Assembly (NCBI GenBank): GCA_046290225.1
Contig: JBKAGE010000034.1
Coordinates: 448,001-512,000 of the forward strand
DNA length: 64,000 nt
Source: Bradymonadia bacterium
GTDB lineage: Bacteria; Myxococcota_A; Bradymonadia; UBA7976; UBA1532
Direction of reading: 5' to 3'
Below, piece by piece: positions 28,054-39,283 of the stretch. Position 1 is the first letter of the stretch. Each line of letters starts with the position of its first letter. The position numbers and the translations under genes are program-made. A model generated the notes under the pieces. It was not told the origin of the DNA. It made no database searches and saw only the letters and a list, made by a program, of their open reading frames with translations.

Positions 28054-31000
28054 CTACATCCCCGACTTATCCGGCGCGTCGAGACCCAGGCGAGCGCGCA
28101 GCGCATAGAAGGCGTCGCTCAAGGACCACCACGCGAGGGACTGCAGCCGGGGCACGCCGCGCAGAGCGTCGAGGACCGCGGTCTGGTGGCCCTGCCCCGG
28201 CGGCCGAACGCCGGCCTCTCGGGTGAGCACACTGATGGCCGGCAACATCGATCCCGCGATGAGCAAACCTGCGCGATCAGCTGACCGCTTCACTGCTTCG
28301 AGGGCAGCATTGATGGGCGGATCGCCCCCGAGGGCCCGGACCTGCTCCGCGACATTGCGCAGCCGACGTTGGGCGGAGCTGCCCATCCCCTTCTGCAGTG
28401 TCTGGGCATGCTCGGCGAGGGTGCCGGTGGCCGGTGGGAACGGCGACCAGTCGCCATCGGCCCCCAGGGCCACTGCCAGGGCCCGCCTGCTGGCGTCGGA
28501 GGGGGCCTGAGTCCACCGTGTGAGCCCTCGATGGCCCAGGTGAAGCGCGCGCCCCATGTGGAACAGACGCTCGCCCCGACCTACAGATCTCAACGCGCCT
28601 TCAGGGAAGACCACCGTAGCGGGCCGGCCCTCGACGTAGTGTACGCGCCGACCTGCCGCCCCGGGGATGACGCTCACGGTCAGCTGACCCCCGAGGGCCT
28701 TGCCGGCGATGGCGCCCAAATCGGCGAGCGGGCCCTCCACCATCTCGGCGCCCAGGGCGGCGTCGGGGTGATTGGGCAGAATGTCGGGCACGCACTCGAG
28801 CAGCTCGATGAGCAACAAGTTGATCGAGGGCTGCTCGGCGCCGTCGAGGAGCGCTGGCTCGCTGGCGCCGCCGAGGCGGCCGGTGGGGGTTCTGCGGATG
28901 CGAGCGTTGTATCGGGCGATGGTGCTCTGTTCGTCAGCCCCACCACATTGCAGCCCATTGAGCAACAAGGCGATCTGGTACGCCCTCGCCATCCGACCCG
29001 TCTGCTCGCTGAGTCGGCGCAGACCCTTCAGCGCCTCCGGATGGAACGGATCACGCTCGAGTACTGCGCGAAAGTGTACTTCAGCCTGATCAGCGGCGTC
29101 GGCGTGCAGGGTGAGGCTGCGGGCGTAGAGCAGCCGGGCCCGATCGTCATCGGGGTGCTCTGCGGCCATGCGTCGTGCCTCTCGCAAGGCCCGACGATTG
29201 GCCCCGCTGATCTTCAGCCCTTCGCTGATCAGCTTGCGCCGCATGGCGTTCCATCGCTCCTCGGAGCCGGGCGACTGTGCTTTGATGGCATCTTCCACGA
29301 GATCGAAGATGCGATCCGCCATGCCTTTGTAGGGGATCAGCGCCGCCACCCGCTCAGCGATCTCCAAATCACCTGGGGAGATCTCCAGCGCCCGGCCATA
29401 GGCGTCCATCGCCAGCTCGATCTCCCCGGACTCTTCAGCAAAAGCGCCGAGCTTCATCTGCAGGGCTTTGATTCGACTGGGGCCGGTGATCCGGCTGGCG
29501 GCTCGACGCAGCAACTCTGCCGCCAGGGCCTTGTCCCCCCGGCTCTCTGCCAGGTTGGCTCGCCTGAACGACGCCTCGGGGTGGGTCGGATCCAGCTTGA
29601 GCAGCGCATCGAGGCACTGCGTGGCCCGTTCGAGATCGTGCAGCTTGTCTTCGTAGAGCGCGGCGAGCCTGAACGTGACCGCCTGCTGGAGCGCCTCGTC
29701 CGGAGAGTCCGCACGCAAACGCTCGTACACCGTGGCGGCCTCGGACCAGGCTTCCTGATCGACATAGAGATCAGCCAGCTGCTGAAGCAGCTCGGGGGTG
29801 TGCTCGTTCGCCCGGGCCAGCATGCCAGACAAGAGCTTGATGGCCTGCTCGGGCCGATTGAGGCGGTGCACGTACAACCGGGCCGCCTCCAATGTGTAGT
29901 CCCAACGCTGAGCGGGCACGTGCTCCGAGAGCTGTTCGAACACTTCAGCGAGGGCGCCCCAGCGGCCATAGCGGCCGTACATCTGCCGTGCGACCTCGAC
30001 ATGCGCTTCGTGGCCCGGCTCACGCTTGAGGGCGTGGGCCACCAGCGATAAGGCGCCGTCGACGTCGCCGATGCGCTTCTCTCTCACACGGGCAGCGGCG
30101 AGCAACAAGCCCGCCCCCTCATGAGGATCAGCCACCAACATGCCTTCGCGCTCCAACATGCTCAGCGCTTCGTCTCCCCGGCCGAGACGCGTGTAGAGCT
30201 GCCGGAGATGCTGAATGGCCTCCAGGGCGTTGGTGCCCACCTCCAGGCAGGCCTCCCACGCCTTCACAGCAGGCTCCAGAGCGCCCTGGGACTCAAGCAG
30301 TTGCGCTCGGCGAGCCAGCAGCACCCCGCGCAGTCCTGAATCCTCTTCGGCCTCGGAGAGCGAAGCGTCGACGTCTTCCAGGCTGCCCACACGGCTCACC
30401 AGGGCCTCCGCCCAAGGACGTGCTTGAGGCAGGCCTGGGATGAGCTTCAGCGCCTGACGGAGATCTTCCAAGGCGCCCATGGGAGCCCGTAGATGCGTGC
30501 CTCGAACCAGCGCCCGCTCCAACAGCAGCGGCGCTTGCGCTTCAGATGCATCGACCTCTGTGAGCCGCTCGGTGATCAGGAACTCGAGATCCCGATGTCG
30601 GTGGAGCAGCCGATAGAGGCGCTCCAGCTCGAGGGTGCACGGCCCGCCTCCACGGGCCTCCATCGACTCCAGCAGAGCCAGGCCCCGCTCCGCCTCCCCC
30701 TCGGCGATGGCTCTCCGGGCGCACTGCCACTGGCTGCTCACAGGTTGAGCCGCCAGAACCCCTTCATCGACACCCACTGTGGTGTCTGCAGCCACGCAGA
30801 GTTGCGCCGTGAGCCAGGCCAGGAGGGGATGCTCTCCGAGATCTCTCACCCGCCTGAGGGCGCTCAACGCCCGGGGATCATCGCTGAGCCGGTCTGCACA
30901 AATCAGCGCCACCATCGACGCGCCGAAGACCTGCGCGTCGGAGTCTTCTCCCTGCCGGGCGAGACGCTCCATGGCGTCGAGCTCGCCCATGGCGTCACCA

Positions 31001-33042
31001 GAGACCGCCCGACGCCAGCCCTCCAAGATGGCCGCAGTGGTGGCCCCGTGACTCGGTCGCTCCACACCCCCGACACCGGACTCGATGGGCCGCTCGAGGC
31101 ACCAGAGCACCTCCTCGAGCACCGCCCAGAGTTCATCGGCAATCGGGTCAGCCTCCCGGCCCGCCGACAACCAGTCCGCGAGCCCGTCCACGAGCGGATC
31201 CAGGCGCTCGGCTTTCAACGGCAGCGTGAGGGCCGCCGACCAGACCTCAGGCAACCCGGGCTGGCGCTTGAGGACCGAGGCGATGGCCTGCCAGCACAGC
31301 TCGGCCATCTCGGGCTCTTCCGATCGATCGGAGGCCACCAGCGCATCCGCCGCTCGGCCGATGAGGGCGCCGAGGATCCACGGATCTTCCACCGCCTCTG
31401 CAGCGCGGGCCACAGCAGACAGCCAGATCTCCAGGTCGACCGATGGGTTGACGTGGGGATCGAGGTGCAAGAGCGCGAGCAGGTCGTCCGGGCGGGCGGC
31501 GATGAGGGCGGACCAGCGATGACTGGCCACCTCGGGCGCATCAGTGAGCCAGTGACGCATGATGGCCCGGAGATGATCGGCAGAGACGGGCTGCATGGTC
31601 TCTGTCTGAAGGCAGCGACCCCAGTCGCCGGCCTTGGCCTCGAGGAGCAGTCGGGTGTTGAGGGCCATGGGGTGACCGGGTCGACGCTCGAGGGCGACGT
31701 CACATGCCTCCACGGCCCCCGCAACATCACCAGAGACGAGGCCATCGATGCGGGCCATCTCGCACAGGCGCGCCACCTGTCGAGCGGGGACGTGAAGCAG
31801 CGGCAACCCTTGCCTGATCAGCGTCGCCACCTCGGCCCACCGACCCTTGCGGCGCAGGTGGCGCTCCAACGCCCGTCGCGCAGGGATCCAATGCTGACAC
31901 TCCGCCACAGCGGTCTCGAGCACGCCTATGGCCTCGTCTGGCCGACCGAGACGCCACTCCAGAATACGGGCGCGATGGGTCAACCACGCCGCCCGCAGGG
32001 TGGAGCTCGGCGAGAAAGCCGCCAGCTGCCCCAGAGCCTCGGCGGCCTTCGTCCATTGATGTTGCGCCTCGTACATGTTCGCCAGGCGAAACCAGGCTGG
32101 CAGGCTCGTCGGATCGGCTTCGACCACCTGCTCCAGAATCGCGACGATGCGCTCGGGGCCCGCGTTGCCCGCCAGGGCCCGCTCCGCAACGCGCAAAAGC
32201 GCCTTGCCTCGATCATCGCCAAAGGTGCCCGCGCGGCGCACCCCTGCGGCGATGGCCTCTTCGGGCCTGTCGCTCGACCAGCAACATGCGGCCTTCAACG
32301 CCAGGGCCTCGCGGTGATCAGGATCAGCCTCAAGACACAGCTCGAGAAACGCCAGAGCCATGGGATCACGTGGATCGTCCTCGAGCCTCAGCTGGGCAAT
32401 GGCGAGTCGGCGGCTCTCCGCCTCCTCATGATCTTCCAGGTGAGGAATCGATGCTTCGAGGGCCTGAAGCACAGGCTTGCGCTCGCTCACGTCCGCGGCC
32501 ACGGCAGCGAGGGCCCGTGCAGCAGGATGATGTTGGGGATCGAGGCTCAGGGCCTTGAGGTAACAGGGCACGGCGTGAGTGAGATCGTCGAGATGCCAGC
32601 GGTACACATCCCCCTTGAGCATCAACAGCCGCACGCGGCTCCAGAGCGTCTGTGGTGTGCGCAGCTCCGAGTCGAGGATGGTGAGCGCCATGGGCCACTG
32701 CTGCTTCTCTGCAAAAAGCGCATAGCTGATCCGGAGCGGCGGGCTGTGCTCCGGTGCCGCAGTGTGGGCTTTCTGAAATGCCGCCAGAGCGCGCCGCGGA
32801 TCATGCTGGCCGTCGAGGTGCAGCAGCCCGATTTGCATCCAGACATCTGCCTGGATCACCGCCCCAGAGGTGCGCTGAGCGATCTCGGTGAGACGTTCGA
32901 TCTCCCCCTGGACCACCTCAGGCGCCTGAGGGGCGTCGAAGGCTGCCGCGGTAGAAGGTGCAGAAATCTGAAGGTCTTCGTCTGCTCTGCTCACTGGGCC
33001 GCGCTCTCCGCCGACGTCGGCCAGTGGCCGTGCACGTCTCAT
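28054..33042 (-). CDS. Giant TPR protein with degenerate M48-like C-terminal domain
   Basis: Many TPR-like helices; C-terminal ERLFHMGRALHL and SADRAGLLIAG. Confidence 0.8.
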   Translation of the reverse strand: MRRARPLADVGGERGPVSRADEDLQISAPSTAAAFDAPQAPEVVQGEIERLTEIAQRTSGAVIQADVWMQIGLLHLDGQHDPRRALAAFQKAHTAAPEHSPPLRISYALFAEKQQWPMALTILDSELRTPQTLWSRVRLLMLKGDVYRWHLDDLTHAVPCYLKALSLDPQHHPAARALAAVAADVSERKPVLQALEASIPHLEDHEEAESRRLAIAQLRLEDDPRDPMALAFLELCLEADPDHREALALKAACCWSSDRPEEAIAAGVRRAGTFGDDRGKALLRVAERALAGNAGPERIVAILEQVVEADPTSLPAWFRLANMYEAQHQWTKAAEALGQLAAFSPSSTLRAAWLTHRARILEWRLGRPDEAIGVLETAVAECQHWIPARRALERHLRRKGRWAEVATLIRQGLPLLHVPARQVARLCEMARIDGLVSGDVAGAVEACDVALERRPGHPMALNTRLLLEAKAGDWGRCLQTETMQPVSADHLRAIMRHWLTDAPEVASHRWSALIAARPDDLLALLHLDPHVNPSVDLEIWLSAVARAAEAVEDPWILGALIGRAADALVASDRSEEPEMAELCWQAIASVLKRQPGLPEVWSAALTLPLKAERLDPLVDGLADWLSAGREADPIADELWAVLEEVLWCLERPIESGVGGVERPSHGATTAAILEGWRRAVSGDAMGELDAMERLARQGEDSDAQVFGASMVALICADRLSDDPRALSALRRVRDLGEHPLLAWLTAQLCVAADTTVGVDEGVLAAQPVSSQWQCARRAIAEGEAERGLALLESMEARGGGPCTLELERLYRLLHRHRDLEFLITERLTEVDASEAQAPLLLERALVRGTHLRAPMGALEDLRQALKLIPGLPQARPWAEALVSRVGSLEDVDASLSEAEEDSGLRGVLLARRAQLLESQGALEPAVKAWEACLEVGTNALEAIQHLRQLYTRLGRGDEALSMLEREGMLVADPHEGAGLLLAAARVREKRIGDVDGALSLVAHALKREPGHEAHVEVARQMYGRYGRWGALAEVFEQLSEHVPAQRWDYTLEAARLYVHRLNRPEQAIKLLSGMLARANEHTPELLQQLADLYVDQEAWSEAATVYERLRADSPDEALQQAVTFRLAALYEDKLHDLERATQCLDALLKLDPTHPEASFRRANLAESRGDKALAAELLRRAASRITGPSRIKALQMKLGAFAEESGEIELAMDAYGRALEISPGDLEIAERVAALIPYKGMADRIFDLVEDAIKAQSPGSEERWNAMRRKLISEGLKISGANRRALREARRMAAEHPDDDRARLLYARSLTLHADAADQAEVHFRAVLERDPFHPEALKGLRRLSEQTGRMARAYQIALLLNGLQCGGADEQSTIARYNARIRRTPTGRLGGASEPALLDGAEQPSINLLLIELLECVPDILPNHPDAALGAEMVEGPLADLGAIAGKALGGQLTVSVIPGAAGRRVHYVEGRPATVVFPEGALRSVGRGERLFHMGRALHLGHRGLTRWTQAPSDASRRALAVALGADGDWSPFPPATGTLAEHAQTLQKGMGSSAQRRLRNVAEQVRALGGDPPINAALEAVKRSADRAGLLIAGSMLPAISVLTREAGVRPPGQGHQTAVLDALRGVPRLQSLAWWSLSDAFYALRARLGLDAPDKSGM

Positions 33043-33118
33043 GCTCTAGATGATGTGCATCATGAGCCACCGACACAGCCAAAGGAAAGAGGAACCCCCT
33101 CAGCATCTCACATCGAGA

Positions 33119-34117
33119 TCAGTGGATCGTGGGCGGACGCCCCTCGTACGGATCTCGAAGATCGGGGGGGCGCTGGAGCCCATGGGCGATCTCGATGTCT
33201 TCGGCCATGTCGACGGCATCTTCCCCACGCAGCTCTTCGAGACGCACCTTCTGGGCACGGCGCCGTCGTCGCCACGCCCACACGAACAAGAAGGTCGCCC
33301 CACCCCAGAGCAAAGCGCTCCCGAAGATCAGGGGCAACCAGCCCCACCAGACTTCCACGGACTCTCGCCAGCGGCGCTCCACCTCTTTGAGGGAGAGCGG
33401 ATAGGTGGCCTCGAAGGCCTCGTGAAAGCCCACCTGCTCTGAGGACATGTGACCGATCAACGCTTTGAGCCGGTCCTCCCCATAGGTCTTGCGCAGGTGG
33501 CCGAGGAAGTGAATCGCCTGCGCATATGCAGTCTCGGCTCGGGCAGGCCCTTTGGGAAACCGCGCTTCGATCTCCTCGAGCTTGAGCAGCCCCCCGGCGA
33601 GGGCCGCCTCAGTGAGCTTGCGGGCCCGGTCCAGGCCCATGCCCTCGGAAAGATGAATCGCGATGCCCTCGTGGAACCAGAGGGGTGGGTTCACCTTGTC
33701 CAACATCTCACCGAGAGCCACATGGGCGATCTCGTGCTGAAACGTCTTGTCCACCTCACCTGCAGGCGTCGCACCGTGCAGATAGATCTGCTTGAGGCGT
33801 GGATAAGCGAGGCCAGCGGCCCACTCCGGCGGTGTTCGCCCGTGCCGTTCCCTGGCAGTGGCCAGCATCTCTGCTTCATCGGAGAGCAGGGTCACCCTGA
33901 TGGGCTTCTCGATTTTGGGGACGCCGCCGAGAGCCTCGTAGATGCGGTCGGCGTGCTCAGGCGCTGCGTCTTTCAGCTGCGCCGCGAGGCCCCCCTGCCC
34001 TTCGGACCACTCGAAGACAAAGCCGCGCACCTCGGCGCGCTCCAGAGGCACCTCTCCGAGGGCGAGACTGGGGCAGATCAGAAGCGCGGCCCACACGATC
34101 CACCGCAGGGCCCTCAC
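33119..34117 (-). CDS. Membrane-anchored peptidase MA-family (gluzincin) protein
   Basis: Signal peptide, HEIAH, PLWFHEGIA, C-terminal TM followed by WRRRRR. Confidence 0.85.
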   Translation of the reverse strand: MRALRWIVWAALLICPSLALGEVPLERAEVRGFVFEWSEGQGGLAAQLKDAAPEHADRIYEALGGVPKIEKPIRVTLLSDEAEMLATARERHGRTPPEWAAGLAYPRLKQIYLHGATPAGEVDKTFQHEIAHVALGEMLDKVNPPLWFHEGIAIHLSEGMGLDRARKLTEAALAGGLLKLEEIEARFPKGPARAETAYAQAIHFLGHLRKTYGEDRLKALIGHMSSEQVGFHEAFEATYPLSLKEVERRWRESVEVWWGWLPLIFGSALLWGGATFLFVWAWRRRRRAQKVRLEELRGEDAVDMAEDIEIAHGLQRPPDLRDPYEGRPPTIH

Positions 34118-34953
34118 TGATCACCACCAGACAGCTCGATGGACCGCTCGCTCGCCGCTTGAATCGCCGAGATGAAGGCCCCTCGGGTGCCACGGGCTTC
34201 GAGGGCCACGATCCCAGCGGCGGTCGTGCCCCCTGGAGACGTCACCGCGTCTTTGAGCACCGCCGGGTGGGCATTGGGCCGCGACGCCAGGGCCCCAGCA
34301 CCGTACACGGTCATGGCAGCCAGTCGCCGAGCCTGATCCCGGGGCATGCCCATGGACACAGCGCCGTCAGCGAGGGCCTCCATCACCATGAACATGAAGG
34401 CCGGGCCGCTCCCGGAGAGGGCAGTGCCCGAGTGAAAGAGCGCCTCCTTCTGCAAACGCTCCACATGACCCACAGCAGAGAACAAGCGCTCCACCAGCGC
34501 TACGTCCTCGGGAGCATCCTCCGGCCCTGCGAGTACCAGAGTGACCCCTGCCCCCACCTGGCTGGGGGTGTTGGGCATCGTTCGAACGACCCGCGCAGGC
34601 CGGGCGCCAGCGAGGAGCGCCTCTTGAGAGGTGCCCGCCACGAGGGAGATCACCAGCTGGCTCTCACGCAGCGGGTGGGCGCTGAGCAATGGCACTGCTT
34701 GAGCGGGCTTCACTGCCAGCACCAGCACATCGGCAGCCTCCACCACCTGCTTGAGAGGGGCAGCCGTGATGCCGAGGCGCTCGGCGAGCCCCTCCGCAGT
34801 TCGGGGATCAGCCACCATGATGCGCTCGGGGCTCAGGATGCCCCGCTCGAGCCAGCGACTGAGGAGCGCCCCCCCCATTTGCCCGCACCCGATGAACCCC
34901 ACGGTGCCCAGCTCGATGCGCATCGGGGTGTTGTGCACGATGTCAGTGCTCAT
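34114..34953 (-). CDS. proC: Pyrroline-5-carboxylate reductase
   Basis: GFIGCGQMG, LAVKP, RTMPNTP, SGSGPA, VTSPGGTT. Confidence 0.97.
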   Translation of the reverse strand: MSTDIVHNTPMRIELGTVGFIGCGQMGGALLSRWLERGILSPERIMVADPRTAEGLAERLGITAAPLKQVVEAADVLVLAVKPAQAVPLLSAHPLRESQLVISLVAGTSQEALLAGARPARVVRTMPNTPSQVGAGVTLVLAGPEDAPEDVALVERLFSAVGHVERLQKEALFHSGTALSGSGPAFMFMVMEALADGAVSMGMPRDQARRLAAMTVYGAGALASRPNAHPAVLKDAVTSPGGTTAAGIVALEARGTRGAFISAIQAASERSIELSGGDQ

Positions 34954-35025
34954 CTCAGCTCCATCTCGATGTGTCAGATGAGACGAACCATGGGGCCATG
35001 AGGGTTCAGCGCAAGGGGGGATCCG

Positions 35026-36345
35026 TCATCCCGCTCGCTGACCAAAGAGCAGAGATCCCACCCGAACGAAGGTGGCGCCTTCGGCGATGGCCACGTCGAA
35101 GTCACCGGACATGCCCATGGAAAGATGGGTCAGATCCGGCCACCGCTGCTGGTGCTCCGTCCGCAGCGCTCGAAGCCGCCGGAAGGCACGGCGAGTGGCG
35201 GCGAGATCGCCCGGCGCAGGCATGGTCATCAGGCCCACAGCGGCGACCCCCGTACACCCCTCGATCTCGCTCAGGAGCGCCGGCAGCGCAGCCTCGGTCA
35301 CACCACCCTTCGACGCCTCGCCGGAGAGGTTCACCTGCACCATGACCGGGAGCACTCTTCCGGCAGACTGAGCCGACTTGCCCAGGGCCTCTGCCACTCG
35401 AAGGTCATCTATGGCGTGCACATAACCTACGTGTGCCCCCAGGTATTTGGCTTTGTTCCGCTGCAGCCGCCCGATGAAGTGCCAGGTCGGCCCGTCTCCC
35501 AGGCGCTCAACGCGCTCTCGCCACGCCTGCACGTAGTTTTCGCCCAGGTGGTCTATGCCCAGACTCAGCGCGGCCTTCACCTTCGCCTCGGGCTGGCGTT
35601 TCGACACGGCCACCACCGTCACATCCTCAGGATCCCGACCCACGCCTTCTGCGGCGGCCCGTACACGGCCCTGGATCACCGCCCACTGGCGCCCGATGTC
35701 TCCCCCGGCAAAGCGCACCGCCCCCACCGCCTCGAGATCAGCGAGCACTTCTGCCAGAGGCAGCCCCACGATGGCGGCGTAGCTCCCATCGATGGTCTGC
35801 ACGAAGTCCCCAGCCTTGCCCTGAATGCCGTATGCGCCGGCTTTGTCCATGGGCTCACCCGTGGCCACGTAGGTCTCGATTTGAGCAGCCTCCAGTGTCT
35901 TGAAGGTGACCGCGGTCTTCACGTGACCTGCTCGAGCCACCTCACCCTCCGGCCCGACGATCCCCCAGGCTGTGACCACGTGATGCGTACGGCCGGAGAG
36001 GGCCTGCAGAGTCTTCGTGGCCTCTTCAACACTCTCGGGCTTGTGGAGCAGCCCACCATCGAGCACCACGATGGTGTCGCTCCCAAGGGACCAGGACGGG
36101 CCGCCTTCTCCTCGACGGCGCCACCCCGCTCGAGCCTTGGCCACGGCGAGGCGGCGCACATAGTCCAATGGCGCCTCCCCCTCGTGTTGAGACTCGTCCA
36201 AGTCCACTGGCTGAATCACCAGTGGCACCCCGGCCCCGGCCAACATCGCCCGCCGTCGGGGCGAGGCAGAAGCCAGAAGGATTTTCCCCGCGACTCCAGC
36301 AAGTTCCACAGGCTGTGCAGGATCCTGTTCAGGTGTTTTTTCCAT
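35026..36345 (-). CDS. maf-yggS: Maf nucleotide pyrophosphatase fused to YggS PLP-homeostasis protein
   Basis: Maf motifs [24 protein letters not shown] followed in frame by YggS motifs [30 protein letters not shown]. Start is ATG 36345 or GTG 36309. Confidence 0.92.
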   Translation of the reverse strand: MEKTPEQDPAQPVELAGVAGKILLASASPRRRAMLAGAGVPLVIQPVDLDESQHEGEAPLDYVRRLAVAKARAGWRRRGEGGPSWSLGSDTIVVLDGGLLHKPESVEEATKTLQALSGRTHHVVTAWGIVGPEGEVARAGHVKTAVTFKTLEAAQIETYVATGEPMDKAGAYGIQGKAGDFVQTIDGSYAAIVGLPLAEVLADLEAVGAVRFAGGDIGRQWAVIQGRVRAAAEGVGRDPEDVTVVAVSKRQPEAKVKAALSLGIDHLGENYVQAWRERVERLGDGPTWHFIGRLQRNKAKYLGAHVGYVHAIDDLRVAEALGKSAQSAGRVLPVMVQVNLSGEASKGGVTEAALPALLSEIEGCTGVAAVGLMTMPAPGDLAATRRAFRRLRALRTEHQQRWPDLTHLSMGMSGDFDVAIAEGATFVRVGSLLFGQRAG

Positions 36346-36350
36346 ATTTA

Positions 36351-36403
36351 TTGACAACCTGTTCAGCCGTTCAGTACGGTTCGGCAGTGAAATTTCGTTC
36401 AGT
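36351..36403 (+). promoter_or_regulatory. lexA promoter with candidate SOS boxes
   Basis: TTGACA at 36351 and TACGGT at 36375; TTGACAACCTGTTCAGC and GTGAAATTTCGTTCAGT resemble the Myxococcus LexA box CTRHAMRYBYGTTCAGS. Confidence 0.65.
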
Positions 36404-36415
36404 AGGAGGGAGATC

Positions 36416-37027
36416 ATGAAGGGGTTGACCCGTCGCCAACAACAAATCCTCGATTACATCTCCAACTCCATTCAGGAGCGGGGGTATCCCCCGACAATTC
36501 GGGAGATTGGTCGCGAGATGGGCATTCGCTCCACCAACGGAGTGAACGACCACCTCAAAGCCCTTGAGCGCAAGGGTTATTTGAGGCGAGACGACCTCAA
36601 GAGCCGGGCCATGCGACCGGTGAACATGGACACCGAGATGGTGGACGTGCCCCTGCTCGGCGATGTCGCTGCGGGCCAGCCCATCCTCGCCATCGAGCAA
36701 TCAGAAGACACGGTCAAGGTCGACCGCTTCTTCCTCAAGGGCAACCGTGACGTCTTCGCCTTGCGCATCAAGGGCGAGTCCATGATCGAAGACGGCATCC
36801 TCGATGGCGACTTTGTCTTCGTCAAAAAGACCCCCGAGGCCCGCACCGGAGATGTGGTCATCGCCCTCATCGAAGGCGAGGCCACCTGCAAACGCTACTT
36901 CCCCGAGGGGGATCAGATCAGGTTCCAGCCGGCGAACGCCGCCATGGATCCAATCTACGTCCACAAAGAAGAGTTCCGCGAGACCATGATCCTCGGCAGC
37001 GTCGTGGGCATCTACCGCCGGTACTGA
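36416..37027 (+). CDS. lexA: SOS repressor LexA
   Basis: [23 protein letters not shown] cleavage site, GESM, ATCK. Confidence 0.98.
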   Translation: MKGLTRRQQQILDYISNSIQERGYPPTIREIGREMGIRSTNGVNDHLKALERKGYLRRDDLKSRAMRPVNMDTEMVDVPLLGDVAAGQPILAIEQSEDTVKVDRFFLKGNRDVFALRIKGESMIEDGILDGDFVFVKKTPEARTGDVVIALIEGEATCKRYFPEGDQIRFQPANAAMDPIYVHKEEFRETMILGSVVGIYRRY

Positions 37028-37132
37028 CGCCTCTTCGAGACCAGCCCGCCTCAGGCCCACTCTGGCCCAACTCGCCACGCCTCAAATCTTCTGTAAAAGA
37101 CTCCCCGCATAAAAAAAGTCACTCGGCGACGC

Positions 37133-37160
37133 TTGACACCCAAAATGCAGTGTTTAGCGT
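37133..37160 (+). promoter_or_regulatory. Candidate sigma70-type promoter of groESL
   Basis: TTGACA-16bp-TAGCGT with an upstream A tract. Confidence 0.45.
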
Positions 37161-37230
37161 CCCGCTGCCCTGGAATGCCGGGGACCCAAACCAATTTCAA
37201 GCACACCATCGCTCGAGAGGGACGTATCCC

Positions 37231-39154
<1,924 letters not shown>

Positions 39155-39204
39155 TCGAAGGGCCCACGCCCTGACCCACAGCTGAACGTTCAGATGTGGG
39201 TCGT

Positions 39205-39238
39205 GAAAAGCCTGGAGGGTTCGCCCTTCAGGCTTTTC
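39205..39238. terminator. Bidirectional intrinsic terminator between groEL and the convergent ATPase
   Basis: GAAAAGCCTGGAGGG-TTCG-CCCTTCAGGCTTTTC. Confidence 0.8.
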
Positions 39239-39283
39239 TGCTTTCTGCTCCGCGAAGAGAAGGCCCGGAAACTCAGACTGGTC

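Noticed and set aside
30493..33390. 965-aa plus-strand ORF (also 28369-30051 and 20187-22133)
   Set aside because: Antisense to well-supported TPR and CHAT-like genes
37154..37181. Possible CIRCE element before groES
   Set aside because: TTAGCGTCC...GAATGCCGG has several mismatches and wrong spacing versus TTAGCACTC-N9-GAGTGCTAA
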